Shown here: one piece after another, positions 62,001 to 64,000 of the stretch
Position numbering within the stretch: the stretch's first letter is position 1
Layout: each line of letters starts with the position of its first letter
Assembly: GCA_950097015.1 (NCBI GenBank)
Contig: CATNEN010000025.1
Coordinates: 7,006,001 to 7,070,000, forward strand
Source of the DNA: Macrostomum hystrix
Lineage: Eukaryota; Animalia; Platyhelminthes
Reading direction: 5' to 3'
Length of the DNA stretch: 64,000 nucleotides
Translations under genes and position numbers: made by a program
The notes under the pieces: model-generated
Database searches by the model: none
The model's input: the letters and a program-made list of their open reading frames with translations, nothing else
What the model was told of the DNA's origin: nothing

Positions 62001-62177
62001 GCCTTCCATATTGCCAGTCTTCAGCGCCTCCTGAAAAATGGCCTTACCCTCGGCGCTACTGAACGCAATACAGTTGCTAGGCAACGGACGCCGATAAAAT
62101 TGACTTGGCGAAGACGAAGATGGAGGCGGCCGGTCCCGCTGCAGCAGGTGCAGCATGGAGTTGGACTTGCGGTCCAT
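59059..62177 (-). CDS. PCS: Phytochelatin synthase (glutathione gamma-glutamylcysteinyltransferase), ~528 aa; exons 62177-61767, 61103-60834, 59964-59059
   Basis: FYRRPLP...[14 protein letters not shown]...[46 protein letters not shown]; [12 protein letters not shown]...[14 protein letters not shown]; DS|[13 protein letters not shown]. The Cys-His-Asp triad is intact and both introns are phase 0. Confidence 0.95.
60130..60800. repeat. Imperfect AC-rich 14-bp-based repeat with a ~430-bp internal duplication, PCS intron 2
   Basis: ACAAAGACACAACT; 60215-60330 resembles 60645-60760. Confidence 0.85.
61420..61730 (-). mobile_element. tRNA-derived SINE, best-preserved copy, in PCS intron 1
   Basis: A-box TGGCCTAGTGATTAG (61723-61709), B-box GGTTCGATTCCC (61693-61682), GTGTTTTTTAGCAAGACAC, CACCCAGCTGTTACATGGGTACCAGC and CAGTCCATGGACTG (61529-61542). 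The 3' end is approximate. Confidence 0.75.
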
Positions 62178-62520
62178 TCAATTGCGCAGGCTGGAAAATA
62201 ATGACGATATTACCCTTATCAGACTACCGACAACTAAACAGTAGTAACAAAGACGGCAACAAAAAACGCAAAAAAAGAAAAAAATACATGTTTTTATCTT
62301 TCAGCATTGAGTTTTTTATGTATTGTATTTTTTAATCAAGCAAAATTAAACATTGATATAAATGTGATTTTGCGTGTGCTCTGTATAGAAAGAAAATTTC
62401 TAACCAAATCGGAAACATTGAAGCCCTCCAGTCGGTACTCTATAGTAAATCACAATGTCATTTTACAAAATTAAATGCACATTGCACTACTAATAGTAGA
62501 TTGGTTAGATTGCACAGTCA

Positions 62521-63695
62521 TCAATCCGCTGATGGCATGCAGCGCAGACGCTTAAAAGCGGCCTCCTCAAGCTTCTGCCGATGATCCGGGTGGGCCACGT
62601 TGATGAGGTGATAGGCCCGCTGGCGTAGGTTCCTGCCCCACAGGTGGGCAACGCCGTGCTCAGTTACTACGTAGTGAACGTGGGCTCGGGTTGTAACTAC
62701 GCCAGCGCCTAGAGGATGCGAAACGAGGCAAAAGAGAGGCTTAATGTAATATAATATCTAGGATAATATCCTTAACAACTTAGGCATCCAGAAGAATTTT
62801 GGGATCTTTTCTGTGGTTTTGGAACACGGAAATCCCAACCTAAAGATCTGGGAAGATAGGAATTCCAACGTGAGGATCAGGGAAGATGGAAATTCCAACG
62901 TGAGGATCTGGGAAGATGGGAATCCCAACCTGGGGATTTGGGAGAATGAAAATCCCAACCTAAGGATCTCGGATGATGGGAATTACAACGTGAGGATGTG
63001 GGCGAAAGGGAATCCCGAAACTGAGGATCTTGGAGAATGGAAATCCCAACCTGAGGATCTTGGAGAAGGGAAATCCCAACCTGAGGATATTGTAGAATGG
63101 AAATCCCAACCTCTGAGGATCCTTGAGAAGGGAAATCCCAACCTGAGGATCTTGGAGAACGGAAATCCCAACCTGAGGATATTGTAGAATGGAAATCCCA
63201 ACCTCTGAGGATCCTTGAGAAGGGAAATCCCAACCTGAGGATATTGGAGAATGGAAATCCCAACCTCTGAGGATCCTTGAGAAGGGAAATCCCAACCTTA
63301 GGATATTGTAGAATGGAAATCCCAACCTCTGAGGATCCTTGAGAAGGGAAATCTAAACCTAAGGATTTGGAGAATGGAAATCCCAAAATGAGGGTTTGAT
63401 GTCTCTCACTAATGAGACAAGTAAAAGCGGTTTAAAGAAACAGGCAGCCAGACTCACCCTCCCGCAGGTATGGCACAATCTTGCTGCTACCCTTTTTAGT
63501 CGCCGACTGCAGAGCGATAATTGGCACGCCGAGGCCGTCGCTGGACAGGGCGGCTCCGCGCATGAAGTCGATTTGGCCGCCAACACCGGAGTAGATGCGC
63601 GGCCCGATGGAATCACTGACTACCTGGCCTGTCAGGTCAATCTCTATGCAGGAATTGATGGCTGTCACTCGCGGATTCTGGCTGATGATTGACAC
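62521..63695 (-). CDS. Acetyl-CoA hydrolase/transferase family (ASCT / 4-hydroxybutyrate CoA-transferase-like), last two exons 63695-63458 and 62708-62521; 5' part is outside the window
   Basis: VSIISQNPRVTAINSCIEIDLTGQVVSDSIGPRIYSGVGGQIDFMRGAALSSDGLGVPIIALQSATKKGSSKIVPYLRE|GAGVVTTRAHVHYVVTEHGVAHLWGRNLRQRAYHLINVAHPDHRQKLEEAAFKRL*; phase-1 intron. Confidence 0.93.
62830..63390. repeat. ~30-bp minisatellite in the CoA-transferase last intron
   Basis: TGGAGAATGGAAATCCCAACCTGAGGATCT. Confidence 0.9.
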
Positions 63696-63779
63696 CTGTG
63701 CAAGTTAGGATGGGTGAGGGAGTGAGGCGGCACTGCATCGTTGAAAATTTTTGTGAAGATCCTAGTTCTTTATTTAAAA

Positions 63780-64000
63780 AAATCCCAAAATCCCACTTTT
63801 ATTCTCGTAGATAATCCCGAAATCTACTTTTATTTCATAGAGATAATCCTGAAATCCACTTCTATTTTGATGGAGATAATCCTGAAATCTACTTTTATTT
63901 TAGTAGATAATCCCGAAATCCCACTTCCATTTTCGTGGAGATAATCCTGAAATCCACTTCTATTTTCGTGGAGATAATCCCGAAATCTACTTTTATTTTA
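63780..64000. repeat. ~33-bp minisatellite in a CoA-transferase intron (runs off the edge)
   Basis: GAGATAATCCTGAAATCCACTTCTATTTTCGTG. Confidence 0.85.

Overview
Eukaryotic genomic DNA with spliceosomal GT-AG introns, GC-rich exons and AT-rich spacers. About one third of the window (~21 kb by my rough tally) is minisatellite arrays with 14-60 bp units, nearly all different. The style suggests a free-living flatworm such as Macrostomum; this is an inference and cannot be proven from the sequence. I reconstructed 11 protein-coding genes by hand, and all are on the minus strand. In transcription order they are: acetyl-CoA hydrolase/ASCT-like CoA-transferase (3' part), phytochelatin synthase, a small orphan coiled-coil gene, U1A-like, U2B''-like, DDI1, SNX3, a 7-repeat protocadherin, ZNF593/BUD20, ZDHHC4-like palmitoyltransferase and an unidentified gene running off the left edge. 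Several neighbours are only 260-620 bp apart, with AATAAA, a U-rich tract and a 3' splice acceptor just upstream of the next ATG. That layout fits SL trans-spliced operons. Highlights: tandem U1A-like and U2B''-like paralogues with divergent specificity residues; a DDI1 gene with no ATG at its first long exon (possible SL-donated AUG); introns inflated by private minisatellites, including one built from its own splice donor and one that stays in frame; a nested MITE; and a tRNA-derived SINE family with a conserved palindrome. Most long ORFs in the supplied track are repeat artefacts. Exon coordinates were read by eye, and array edges are approximate.
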